This document shows, piece after piece, positions 1-10,795 of a DNA stretch of 57,071 bases. Each line of letters begins with the position of its first letter. Within the stretch, counting starts at the first letter, position 1. Where the stretch lies: assembly GCA_026025075.1 (NCBI GenBank), contig JAPEUI010000102.1, positions 1 through 57,071 on the forward strand, in the 5' to 3' direction. The position numbers and the translations under genes were made by a program. Source of the DNA: Vezdaea acicularis (Eukaryota). The notes below the pieces were generated by a model, which saw only the letters and a list, made by a program, of their open reading frames with translations, searched no databases and had not been told where the DNA came from.

Positions 1-63
1 GTGAGTTTACGCTTGCATAACCTTAATACTATGCGCAAGGCTTGGACTAATTGGGCGTAAGAG

Positions 64-1344
64 ATGTCAGCGGCGTTTGCCAGAACTTTGTATCTAAATA
101 CATCACTCGGCCGGATCTCGACCACATTTGACTTAAGGGAAACGCTGGACACCCGGAAAAACCACGGTTTGATTTTCCTAACATTGGCAATTCTGGCTGC
201 AGCTATCTTCGCACGTCTTCTTCCGTTCACTCTTACGGGCTGGCAAGGTTCTCTCTCTAGAGCTGTTGCGAGTATGGCAACGGCACCTAAATACAGTCAT
301 GAGCTAGAGATAGCCTCACTTGCTGTTCAAAAAGCGGCATTGGTTACCAAGAAAGTGTTCAATGAAAAGGTTAAAGCTACAATTACAAAAGACGACAAGT
401 CACCTGTCACTTTAGGGGATTTCGCAGCGCAAGCAATTATTCTCCACTCGATTCATAAGCACTTCCCTGACGATGAAATCGCGGGCGAGGAAGAGTCTAC
501 TGATCTTAGAAAGAATGAAACGCTCCAAGAGCAATTGTGGGAGCTTGTGAAAGATATTCGGCTTGATGCTGATGCAGAGAAAATCTTGGGAGAGCCCATA
601 AGTTCCGTTGACGACATTCTTGAGGCCATTGACGCTGGGAACAGCAGTGGCGGTGCAAAGGGGAGGATTTGGACGATAGATCCAATTGATGGAACGAAGG
701 GTTTCCTTCGAGGGGGCCAGTACGCAATCTGTCTGGCTCTTATGGTCGACGGCGATGTGAAGGTCGGAGTTCTTGGGTGTCCTAACTTACCTGTAGACGA
801 CAATTCTCCTCTGGATTCCAAGGCGGGAGAAAGCCAGACAGACGGGGAAGGCAAAGGGGTTCTTTTCTCTGCTGTTCAGGGGCATGGCGCCACAAGTCGG
901 CCCATCGGCCGTGGCCTACTTCAGCCTGAACAAAATATTTCGCTCAGGCCAATTTCTGATGTGAGGCAAGCAACTCTTTGTGAGAGTGTCGAGGCCTTGC
1001 ATTCAAAACATGACGATGTCACCAAGATTAGCGCCAAGCTTGGGATCGAAAGGAGCGTTAGAATGGACTCGCAGGCCAAGTATGGTTCTATTGCTAGAGG
1101 CGCCGCTGATATATTGTTAAGGTTGCCGACAAGTATAGCGTACCAGGAAAAGATCTGGGACCATGCTGCAGGGTATCTGATAGTTAGGGAGGCTGGGGGA
1201 GAAATATCTGATGTCTTTGGGAAAAACTTGGATTTCAGTAAGGGAAGGACGTTGATCGGAAATAAGGGGGTCATTGTTGCACCAAAAGCAATTCATAAAC
1301 AGGTCCTTTCAGTCGTCGGGGAGGTCTTCCAGATGCCAACATAG
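64..1344 (+). CDS. MET22: 3'(2'),5'-bisphosphate nucleotidase (Met22/Hal2, inositol monophosphatase family)
   Basis: Motifs KDDKSPVT, GEEES, WTIDPIDGTKGFLRGGQYA, RMDSQAKY, EKIWDHAAG. The conserved part starts near the ATG at 274. Positions 1-63 look like an intron (GTGAGT...CTAAT...AG), so the 5' end may lie outside the window. Confidence 0.95.
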   Translation: MSAAFARTLYLNTSLGRISTTFDLRETLDTRKNHGLIFLTLAILAAAIFARLLPFTLTGWQGSLSRAVASMATAPKYSHELEIASLAVQKAALVTKKVFNEKVKATITKDDKSPVTLGDFAAQAIILHSIHKHFPDDEIAGEEESTDLRKNETLQEQLWELVKDIRLDADAEKILGEPISSVDDILEAIDAGNSSGGAKGRIWTIDPIDGTKGFLRGGQYAICLALMVDGDVKVGVLGCPNLPVDDNSPLDSKAGESQTDGEGKGVLFSAVQGHGATSRPIGRGLLQPEQNISLRPISDVRQATLCESVEALHSKHDDVTKISAKLGIERSVRMDSQAKYGSIARGAADILLRLPTSIAYQEKIWDHAAGYLIVREAGGEISDVFGKNLDFSKGRTLIGNKGVIVAPKAIHKQVLSVVGEVFQMPT

Positions 1345-1436
1345 TTCCCATAATTTATCAAGCAAATGTTTGAAGATTACTTGATACCATGACAGTACAT
1401 GCAGATGATGCCCCATACTCCTCTGCGCCATTCAGT

Positions 1437-2283
1437 TTACTTTATCTTCTTGGCTTTAAGCTTGATGGTCTCCCCATTCACGAAGATTCCTTTTCCTTTA
1501 TATGGTTCCGGCTTCCTTTTCGCCCTGATCTCTGCCGCAAATTGAGTCACCACCTCCTTATCTACTCCTTCAAGCAGTATTCTTGTCGGCTGCGGACAGC
1601 TAGCCTTGACCCCTTTGGGCACCCCTAGCTCTACGGGATGAGAATATCCAACTTTAAGTACTACGAACGGCTGGCCTTGATACTTTTGAGAGACGGTAGT
1701 TGCTGTAGGCTCAACTGTAGCTCGGTATCCAACGCCAACGAGACGTAGAATGGCTGTATGGCCCTCAGATACGCCTAGGATGTGGTTGGATATGATGGCG
1801 CGAGTAGTGCCTAGCGAAATTCAGGGATGGAAGTATCGGGCAACAAATATGAGAACATACCCCACATCTCCCGTTGCTTTCGCTCTTCTCGATCTTCTAC
1901 AGTAACAGACGCTTTCTTTGATTGCTGGTCATGTTCGAATTTCATGTAGGGGGGTAGTGACAATGTCATCTTCCCTGCTGCGCGTTAGCTTGCCAATGTA
2001 GATCAGTCGTCCTCAGCAGCCTACCAAGCGGCCCTTCAATCTCCAAGGTAGATAGAGGCTCATTTCTACCTACCGCAGGGCCCTTGCGAGCTAGAGGCGG
2101 AACAACGCTAAGGTTGACTTCGGGTGGTATCGATAAAGGCGCACGGCCAATGTGAGAATGGCGTGGGGTTGATGAGGAGAATGGGCGCATCAGCGCAGGG
2201 GTAAGGAATAACGGCGGAAGAATTGATGACACTGTTGAAGCAAGTGCATGTTCAACGCAGCTCCGCTGAGCCGGACGTAACAT
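1437..2283 (-). CDS. MRPL6: Mitochondrial ribosomal protein uL6m, multi-exon
   Basis: Presequence-like N-terminus followed by SHIGRAPLSIP...EIEGPLG. The middle reads RAIISNHILGVSEGHTAILRLVGVGYRA. The C-terminus is RKPEPYKGKGIFVNGETIKLK. Introns near 1811-1860 and ~1975-2025. Confidence 0.93.
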
Positions 2284-2444
2284 ATTGCCGCAGGTGATTG
2301 AGGAGAGAGATGGAGGAACTGCGGGTTTGATCAGAAATATTAGGCGACATTCACGCGCCACAAAACATTGCCGCGGATAACTACTGTATATGGTTTCGGG
2401 TATCGTCCTCCGTATACTTGCAGATCCTGAACCTTCACCTGAAT

Positions 2445-3443
2445 ATGCAAGGCCTAGTAGATTATGGCAGCAGCGACGAAGACGAATCTGAGGACAAGGC
2501 CAACAGGATCAAAGACCAAGTTCAAGTAAGAACCCGACCTCTAATCAGCTCCATAAGCACCACACAAGAGCTGATAGCCCAGACCTAGACTCCAGAAACA
2601 CCACAGAATAACACCTCTACGATAGCAGGGTATGCAGACGGTATTCAAAAGCCCCATTTCCTGTATACGCACCATATTGCTGACATTACCCTAGTCTTTG
2701 AGACCAACGGCCATCCTAGCCCCAAACCTGCCTCCACACCAATAGAAGCTGCACATGTCCAAGGTCCCGTCCTGGGCCCTACAGCGCCCTCGCTCCCTCG
2801 AGCCGGAGCCACAGATGACAACCCTCCTCAATCACCTTACTCCCAAAACCGGTCCCTAGTCCACTCATTCACACTTCCTCCATATCCAGACCTCGATATC
2901 CCACCCTCACCCCCCGGTTCCCCTCCCGCCGAAACCACTGCTAAATTCGCGCAATTTCTCAAGCTTAAACGTCAGGGGACACACTTCAATGCACGCCTCG
3001 CCTCATCAACAGCCCTTGCGAACCCGTCACTCCTAGCGAAATTGCGCAGGCATGCTGGTATAGACGATAAGCAGCAATATGCCAGCACGCTTCCGAAGGA
3101 TGTTTGGGATCCCGATGGGTTCCCCGAGTGGGCATATAAAGAGGGCTTAGAGGAAGGAATGCGACGGGCGCAGAAGAGGAGGGAGAGGGAAGAAGGGGAG
3201 CGAGTGGAATTCGTGTCAAAGGGCTTTGAGGGCATACCCTTGCAGACTGATGACAAAGGGTCTGGGCCGGTCAGTGCAGCTGAGAGGGTCATGAGGGGGT
3301 TAGATAGGCGGAAGGCGAGCTCGAGGTCTCCAGCTGTGGTGGAAGGTACGGGAAAGAAGCGGGTCAGTCGCTTTGACGATAAGAGTAATGAAAGCAGTAG
3401 AAAGAGCTCTCCAGCAAGAAGGAAGAGGTCGCGGTCGAGATAG
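2445..3443 (+). CDS. HCNGP-like / SAP30BP-like protein, multi-exon
   Basis: Starts MQGLVDYGSSDEDE. Core reads DIPPSPPGSP...AKFAQFLKLKRQGTHFNARLASSTALANPSLLAKL...QYASTLPKDVWDP...FPEWAYKEGL, with an RS-rich tail. Introns at about 2526-2588 and 2641-2694. Confidence 0.8.
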
Positions 3444-3984
3444 AGAATTCTAAGCCTTGGCCTCGGATTCACTGCGTCAGATTTCATTTGTTGTGCAATT
3501 ATACCCGAATATTTAAAATTTTGTATGCTTGGCTCTCAATATGCATTGCACGTAGAGCTTTGTAGTTGGAGGGAGTGCCAGCATATCGAATATACTACCC
3601 GAAAAAGCCTGCGCAGTACCACCTAGCGTACACCCTCTTCGTGATGTGTGTACTTGCATGTCGTAGCCTAATTCAATCTTGAGATAGTGGCTCATGACTT
3701 GTCTGCAGGATGCACTCTGCGTAGCTGACGGCTCAAGCCAAGTCCCTCCATCATTTTTGTCCTCAATCGAACGCCAAGTTGTGATGATTCAGTCTCAGAA
3801 AAAAAATAAAAATAATATAAAGGGATCACGGAGGAAAACCGCAGAAATCTGCGATTGGTTGAGTACAGTTGAAGATTTTTGCTGTCATGCATCTTTGAAG
3901 ATTGCGGCTCTGTCAAAGCGCAGAAGCCATTTTTTTACCGGCTCTGTGGAAGCGAGCGCTGGTTTGGTTCATAAAGTTCGAAGC

Positions 3985-4600
3985 TATCACATGATGTTCA
4001 CGTGATCTTACAATTTTCCGTCCCCATTCTCCCACGACAGAACGGATGCCACCCCTGAACTCCAGATACCGCCTTCGCAAACGCCGATAACTAAGTTTCG
4101 GAAGCAGAATCACAACTCATAGATGTGCTTGGATTGATTCTTTAAAGTAGATTATGATTAAACTCAAAGATGGGGGAGCTCAAAGTACCTTCCCCTACAA
4201 ACTGTATGGGATGGTACTTTATGAGCAGCAAGCGAAAGAGCACGGCCGCACCACGATCACTGCAACGCATAATGTTCAAATATATCACATGACTCTCACA
4301 TGACCTTGCAATTTCATGTTCCCATTCTCCCACGACAGGATCCGGATCGCATCTGGATTCAAGATAGCCACTTCGCCAGTGCCGATAATCAAGTTTCGGG
4401 AGCGGAATAATAAACTATGCATGTATCTAGATCGATCCTCCGCATCAAATCTCAAATATATCCAAAGATGGTGGAGCTAGAAGTATCTCTCCGCACAAAT
4501 CGTATGGGAAGATACTTCGCGAGCGGCAAAACAAAGTGGTCGCACCAAAGACTTTGCTGCGCTCATTTGAGAGTGCAACACAAAAACCACGTTCTCACGT
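3985..4600. repeat. Degenerate tandem duplication, two copies with a period of about 298 bp
   Basis: Shared blocks TATCACATGA (3985/4283), CCCATTCTCCCACGACAG, GCCGATAA..AAGTTTCGG.AGC.GAAT, CAAAGATGG.GGAGCT and GTATGGGA occur in the same order in both copies. Confidence 0.8.
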
Positions 4601-4759
4601 GCTCTATTCATCTAGTCACGTGAGCTTTGACTTTCCGCATCACGATCATTCCCTGGATGAACATGGCGGCTCCTCCCTGCGGGGCCCTCTGCGATTCCTA
4701 ATGGCCCTCTATTCCACGGCCACTGACGCAACGCAAAACTTCAACCCACGTGCCCTCCT

Positions 4760-5362
4760 CTCTTACTCACGTGATAAACCACTTTTCGCATGGCGAGTAA
4801 CCCTATGTCCGGACGCATTGCGGCACCCCTGCGGCACACCTGCGAGGCGCCAGTACCAGCGGCCCGAGTCAACACTGCTTTGCTGAAGCACGAGTCGCCT
4901 CTTCCGCGCGCTGATTATCACAAGCGCCCTCCACCCCATCAAATCTGCTCTCAATCCAATATTGAAGGGGGGGGAATCGAGATGGGGGCATCTACGGGCT
5001 TTCATCCTATTACTTCACAGCATTTTAGAGTGGGTTCGTCCGACATTCATACGGGTTGCATGATATTGAAGGGTTGCGGCTTTGTAAAATGCATTAACCT
5101 CACAGGCTACGGTAGAAGCATTTTCCTCTTACCAACGTGGTGGTAGCAAGTGATATAAAAGTGACCTGAGTCGGCCTATTCTGTCGTTGACCCTTCTTAG
5201 CGCCATGGATCCCATGTCATATGGGATCAATCTCGGCGCAATTCATGTGCTGGTGCAGAGTAAGGGATTTGTACGTTTTACGAGTGGGTCGTGCATATCT
5301 GATGGCTAATGTCTTGAAGCCGCCAGTTCCGTACCGTCCAGCGGCGGAAGAGGCTTAATACA
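4760..5362 (+). ncRNA. Putative structured non-coding RNA (telomerase RNA candidate)
   Basis: Long-range helix 4897-4913/5339-5354, several local hairpins, and a possible H-type pseudoknot at 5006-5092. Also a three-way junction at 5191-5266, TAACCCTA at 4798-4805, and splice signals at 5271 and 5305. The identity is unproven. Confidence 0.35.
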
Positions 5363-5574
5363 GAGAGAAGAAGTTGCTTTACCTTTGCAGTGCTTCGTGA
5401 TAAAAATACAGCCGGCCAACGTCACAATATGCTATGCAATGGCAACCGCTCGGAAAAACACAATACAATAGCCCATGCCTCCTCCCTCTCCAAAGCTGAA
5501 AGATCACACGCGTTGTAGAATCAACCCTCCCTCTATCCGATCTTCTTACTACTCTCATTGTGTTGGTCGGCTGG

Positions 5575-8500
5575 TCAATCAGTGACACCGGTAGTATTTG
5601 TACCTCGCGCCTCTTCCGGGGGCACATCTAACTCGTTGTGGCCTCTGTCTAGTCTGACTGACTTCTCTTTACTTGGTGCCGTCTCCGCAGTGAATACGTC
5701 TGGTCGTCGTTTCTCAAACCAACCGCCCTTCTCCCATTCTCCTGGCTTATACAAGCATTCTACGCGCTTGTCATCTATGACAATGCCGGCAAGTAGCGTG
5801 TCGAGTCTCTTAAAGTCTACAGGTTTCAGGATCCATCCATCGAATCCAGCTGTGAGGTATTTCTCGCGTTCTTTTTCGAGAAGAGAGGCCGAGACAGCGA
5901 AGACAGGTACGCGTCCATTTAACGTTGCGCGGCGAGATAACGTCATAAGGGGATGGCTCTTCTCATATGAACGGATCATTTTTGTAGAAACGAGACCATC
6001 GACAAGAGGCATCTGCAAAGTCTGTCAGTAGGTTGATCTAAGCTATGGTAAGTCCATGACTCACCTGCATGTCCATGAGCACAACGTCGAAGAGGGCAAC
6101 CTTTTCGCTATAAAGTGTTGCACATTCTTCGCCGTTGACTGTCAATGTTACTTCATGACCAAGTTTCTCCAGTCTCTTCTTCATGATTTTGCTATTAATC
6201 GGATCATCTTCAGCGACTAATATTTGTAAGTTGTCAGCTGTAGGTGGAGCAGCACTCTGCCTGGCAGCCTTCGAGTCCATATTGAAGGAAACCCTTGAGG
6301 GAGGACTCAGTGGCCTGGTGACATCGACAGTATCACCAGGTACTCGCACAGCCTTAAGGGGCATCTTGGAATCCGCAATGACTTGCTCTCCAGGAGTGTC
6401 TTCTCGTGTAATTTGGAAGCGCTCCGGAACAACACTAGATCGCTGAGAAGAATCGCCAGGCCTAGCGTCACTTCCCTTCGATTTACTACGTCTCTCAGCC
6501 AATCTATTACCCCGCTCGCTACTCGGCCGAGAGACCATTTGAGGCTCTTGAATCGCACCAATCAATCTGTCAACATCGCTCATCCCGCTTCTGGCGCTCG
6601 AGCCGCTCTTCATACTCATAAGACTCTGAATGCTGTCAATGCTCCGCTTTCGTGTGTTCACATGTTCCTTTCCGCTCGTGGGAGGGGTCTTGAGACCGCT
6701 TGCTTGAACGTTGTTGATGAGCATAACTTCTCCTTCCGTAGGCGGTGGAGTTGTTGGACCCAAGCTGCTTCCCCCTATTGTCTGCGAAGGTACTCTACTC
6801 TCAGGCCTATCATGATGTGGAGGAAGCATAAAAGGGAGCTGAATTACGAAACGGGATCCTTTCCCTTCCTCAGACTTAAGTCGGAGTTGGCCGTTCATGT
6901 TTCGCACGACTCTAGACACGACTGCTAAGCCTAGACCCAACGGCGCTGTCCCTTCATTATCTGGGTTCAATGACTTTGAATCAGCAAAGGAGTCCTTGAA
7001 CACCTCGTCTCCCTCGGTCGAAACTTGCTCTAATGCTCTGAATAAAGACTCTAATTTCTTGACGGACATTCCTGCCCCTGTGTCCTGCACAATAATTTCA
7101 ACATCGACTCGGTCGTCATATTCATTTGCGATCCACAGTTCTACTACGACTGAGCCAGCAGTCGTATTCTGAACCGCGTTCGCAGTGATATTGGAGATAG
7201 CTTGTCTAACTCGTCGTTGATCACCCACAACCATCCTCGGGAATTCTGAATTCTCAATTACCTGAAAGTCAATACCTTTACGCTTTGCATCACCAACGAA
7301 CATATCGGTTGCTTCCTTAACGGTAGCAGGTAGATCAAAAATCTCATTTTTAATGAGGTTGCGGCCCTCTTCGGTCTTCGTGAGATCCAACAAGTCGTTT
7401 ATGACGTATATTAGAGATTTTGAGGCAGAATGAGATCGAGAAAGGTTCTCGCGAGTCTCAGGATCTAACGACCCTTCCAAAGCAATTTCGAGATAGTTGA
7501 TAATTGCGTTGAGTGGAGTTCGGACTTCGTGAGCGGAGTTTGCAAGCAGTAGTCTGGTCAACTGGCTTTTTTGCAGTGCAGCCTCCTTTTGTCGCCATAC
7601 GTCAATGAATTTGCCGTAAACAAGGCATAGGACCCCAGCAGTCTCAACTTGCTCTTCATTCCAGTCTCGGCACTTCCCTACGACTGTCTCACGCCATGTC
7701 TTAAAGCTGTTTCGAGGCTCAAGGGAACCATTCGTTCCTTCCTTGACGAATTTTTCGTACGGATTGCCGGCCCATGTCACTTCTCTTACTTGACTCTTGC
7801 GGAAAAAGACAATGAAATCTTCGCCATCAACCGAGAGAGGGACAAGAAGTAGGCCTGCAATGACCTGGAATCCTGGATCATATCGTAAATCAGGAAAATC
7901 CCCACGAATGTCACACGACGCTGTGACGGAAGTGAGACTCCTAACACGAAGGTATTCGAGGAGTGCAAGAGCTTCGTGTGATTGATCAAGGCTACCAAGG
8001 ATCTTCGTCTCGTCCCGAATGGAGAGTAGCCCAAAGTCAGCGTCAAAGAGTGCCAGAAGATCGTCTGAAGACGCCACAATGTAACCAGATGGGTTCCGCT
8101 CAGACGGCATAGTGTTGATCAATTTTCTCGCCTGAAGTCGTGAGGCATATGACAACCGCTCGATATTTCTTGAGGCAGAATCGCCAATAAGTCGACACAT
8201 CTTTCGAATGGGAAACGACACCCTCATGCCCTTGGTGCCATACCCGTGACATGCAACGAGGCCCCAAAGCTCGTTGAATGCAGTTATAGAGACTGACATA
8301 GAAGATCTTACTCCCATGTTGGTGAGGTACTTGATATGGATGGGTGACATTGCTCGAAGGTAGGATAGACTCAGATCGAGGGGAGTTTCAAGATCTTCCA
8401 CAGTTCGGCACACAAGCCGTGCCGCTTCTTGATCTCGGTCATAGAGAAGTCGAACTTTGTTGATTTTGTACAAGTCTCTAGCTTGCTTAGGAATGTCAGA

Positions 8501-9820
8501 CGCAGGAAAGTTCAGCCCCTTGTAGAGATCCTTAGTCGCCCTAGGGTCCACTAGTTCTGCGACTACACGACCATTCCATGCAGAATCGAATTGATAGATC
8601 ATGGCACGATGAAACCCGGTGAGCTCCTTCACGACACCTACCAAGACTTTGAGGAACTGGTTCAGGTTTGGGGCATTCGCCAGTTGTTCTTGTACTTGTG
8701 ACATAATGTTGAAAACTTCCATTGCTGCTGCTTCCCCTCTCCGCTTTCTTGCACTTCTCAGTATCCTTAAAGGCCGGCTTGCGATCACTGTACTCGCTGC
8801 AAACTCTTCATCAGTCGGTGCAAGCTGAAGTATGTCCTCAGGTTCCACCACTTCCGGTGAAACCAGAGGATTGACAGGGTCATCATCTAATTCAAACTCG
8901 CAGATGATGAGGTCTGGGTTTTTCGGATTGATGTGAATGGCGCACCAGAGCTTAAGGGTCCGTTTCTGAGGTGGTCTTATTGAGAGAGTGAAGACCTCAG
9001 GCCCACTTGTTGCTGGATCAGCATCATCATCTTTGATGAAGTCAAGGTGATCCAAAAGATTGTCAGCTTGGTCTTCTGATAGGATGTCAAGAAAATTATC
9101 GATAGCGAAGAGAGCTCTTGGCGAGTAACCGATTATTCTCTTCGAATTCTCGCTCACGACTTTAACCGACAACTTCCCTTCAACTTCTTCACAAAGTGCG
9201 ATCAAAAGCCCAAAGCCTTGCACTGCCCCTGGAATATGTATTGGCTCGTCCTCGCATCGTTGTAAGGTATCCCCATCTCGACCAGTAATCACTGCGTGGC
9301 CTTCAGCAGTTGTAATATGTTTGAACCTTGCTGTGACAGCTCCTACATCTGAGTCTTTAGCTTCTTCGCTTTCGACTGACCCTGCTTGACCATTTATCAA
9401 CAGCTTGTTCTCTCCACTGCTTTCAGTGCTTTCAGACTTTGTCGACCAACTGTCGCCAAAGATCCTGTTTGGAAGCCCACGATATAACGGAGTTGAAATC
9501 TTCCTTTCGTTACGGGGCCTTCCGAGGCCTCTTGTGGATATGTCTGGGTTAGTACTTTGCTGCTTAGAAGGTACGTGCATGGCGTCTGGGGCCTCAGACA
9601 TCTGCAAGCTGGCCTTGCTGCGTTCAAGAGATGATCGATTCAAGTCATTGTCTCCTGAGAATCCCCCGCTTGTCTCTTGTCGAGCTAGAGGGGCTGGCAC
9701 CGGGTCCACCGAGACGACTGATCGAATGGGGAATATGCGGTCGGCTACATCCGCTGTGAATGGTGGATTCGAAGCATTCGATGCCGGAGAATCCGGACCG
9801 CGAGAGTCTGAGCCCGACAT
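5575..9820 (-). CDS. fphA: Fungal phytochrome (PAS-GAF-PHY-HisKA-HATPase-receiver)
   Basis: N-terminal bilin-binding Cys in RCEDEPIHIPGAVQ; GAF motif FPASDIPKQAR; PHY tongue WAGNP...EPRNSF; H-box SAHEVRTPLNA; DTGAGM and GLGLA ATP-lid motifs; receiver VAEDD...LMDMQMP...WILKP. Intron 6013-6064. Confidence 0.97.
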
Positions 9821-10795
9821 TGCTTTCAGCCGGAGCTTTGGCTATGAAAGTTACCGTACTGAGAAGTCGTGCGTCAAGCTTCGCCCGATTGTGTATGCGG
9901 TATGGAAGGTGAGGGAGATAATTGTCGAAAAGGGCACAGCCCAATGGCCCTGTATCGGAAAAATTCTACTCTTCCAAGGTTCGTACACCGCATACCACAT
10001 AAGCGAACTATCAACTTAAAGGATAGGATGCTGAGCCATTGTGGGTCGTGGTTCGAGGGGCACTAAGCCTCATAAGTGGCTGTGTCGTAGCCTCGATCGA
10101 CGCAGGCGAGTCGAGTCGCGACAAAGTCAAAATTTCCTCTGTGGTTAGGCGGCCAGCATTTTGTAAGCTTAATTAAGGAGCAAAGGGTCTTCTTTGTTGG
10201 CACTAAGCTTCGATATCGCAGCAATGAAAGTTAGGTGGATAGTTATAGGTTCGTTTCTAAGGGTTGGTACATAGTGATATGCTTTAGACTATCTTTCTAT
10301 GATGCCCTATTAGTGGCCAAGATGGGATAGCGCAATCTGCAATCTGCATAACTTTCTGGGTCCGATTTCGTCGGTGGCGGCGGCACCAAACGCCGATGTC
10401 CAATCAGATGCCCTTGTCAGGGGGCACGGAGAAACCACCGCCACGTTTGATCCCACCAACGCCGTGACCAGGATCGGCTCGCTTGAGTAAGTTCGTGGCA
10501 TAAGAATGATGGAGTTTCGGTAACTCAGTGTGCTGTCAGCGTAAGTAAACTTGCGGTGCTTGGCCTCTTTTTGATCTGGGCACCTACCAAAACAGTCAGG
10601 GTGAAAGCATAATTTGTAACAAATCATACCTAATTAAGTATTTGAGCAATATTCCTGAATCTCTGGGAACCAGCCTTAACCTATCGTAATTGACGTCCAT
10701 GAAAGTGACCCCGCAGCCAACAGGTCCTTCTCCACCTATATGTCTTTGCTTTACCAGTCTTGCCAAACAAACAAATTGAACTATACTTCGAGACA

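Noticed and set aside
4693..4790. snR30/U17-like m1 (ATTCCTA) and m2 (AAACCA) words
   Set aside because: Both motifs are imperfect, and there is no ACA box at the expected distance.
4897..5354. MITE interpretation of the 16-bp inverted repeat
   Set aside because: No target-site duplication, and the extensive internal pairing fits an RNA better. It cannot be fully excluded without a genome search.
5358..5373. ATACAGAGA resembling the U6 snRNA box
   Set aside because: The invariant downstream AGATTAGCATGGCC sequence is absent.
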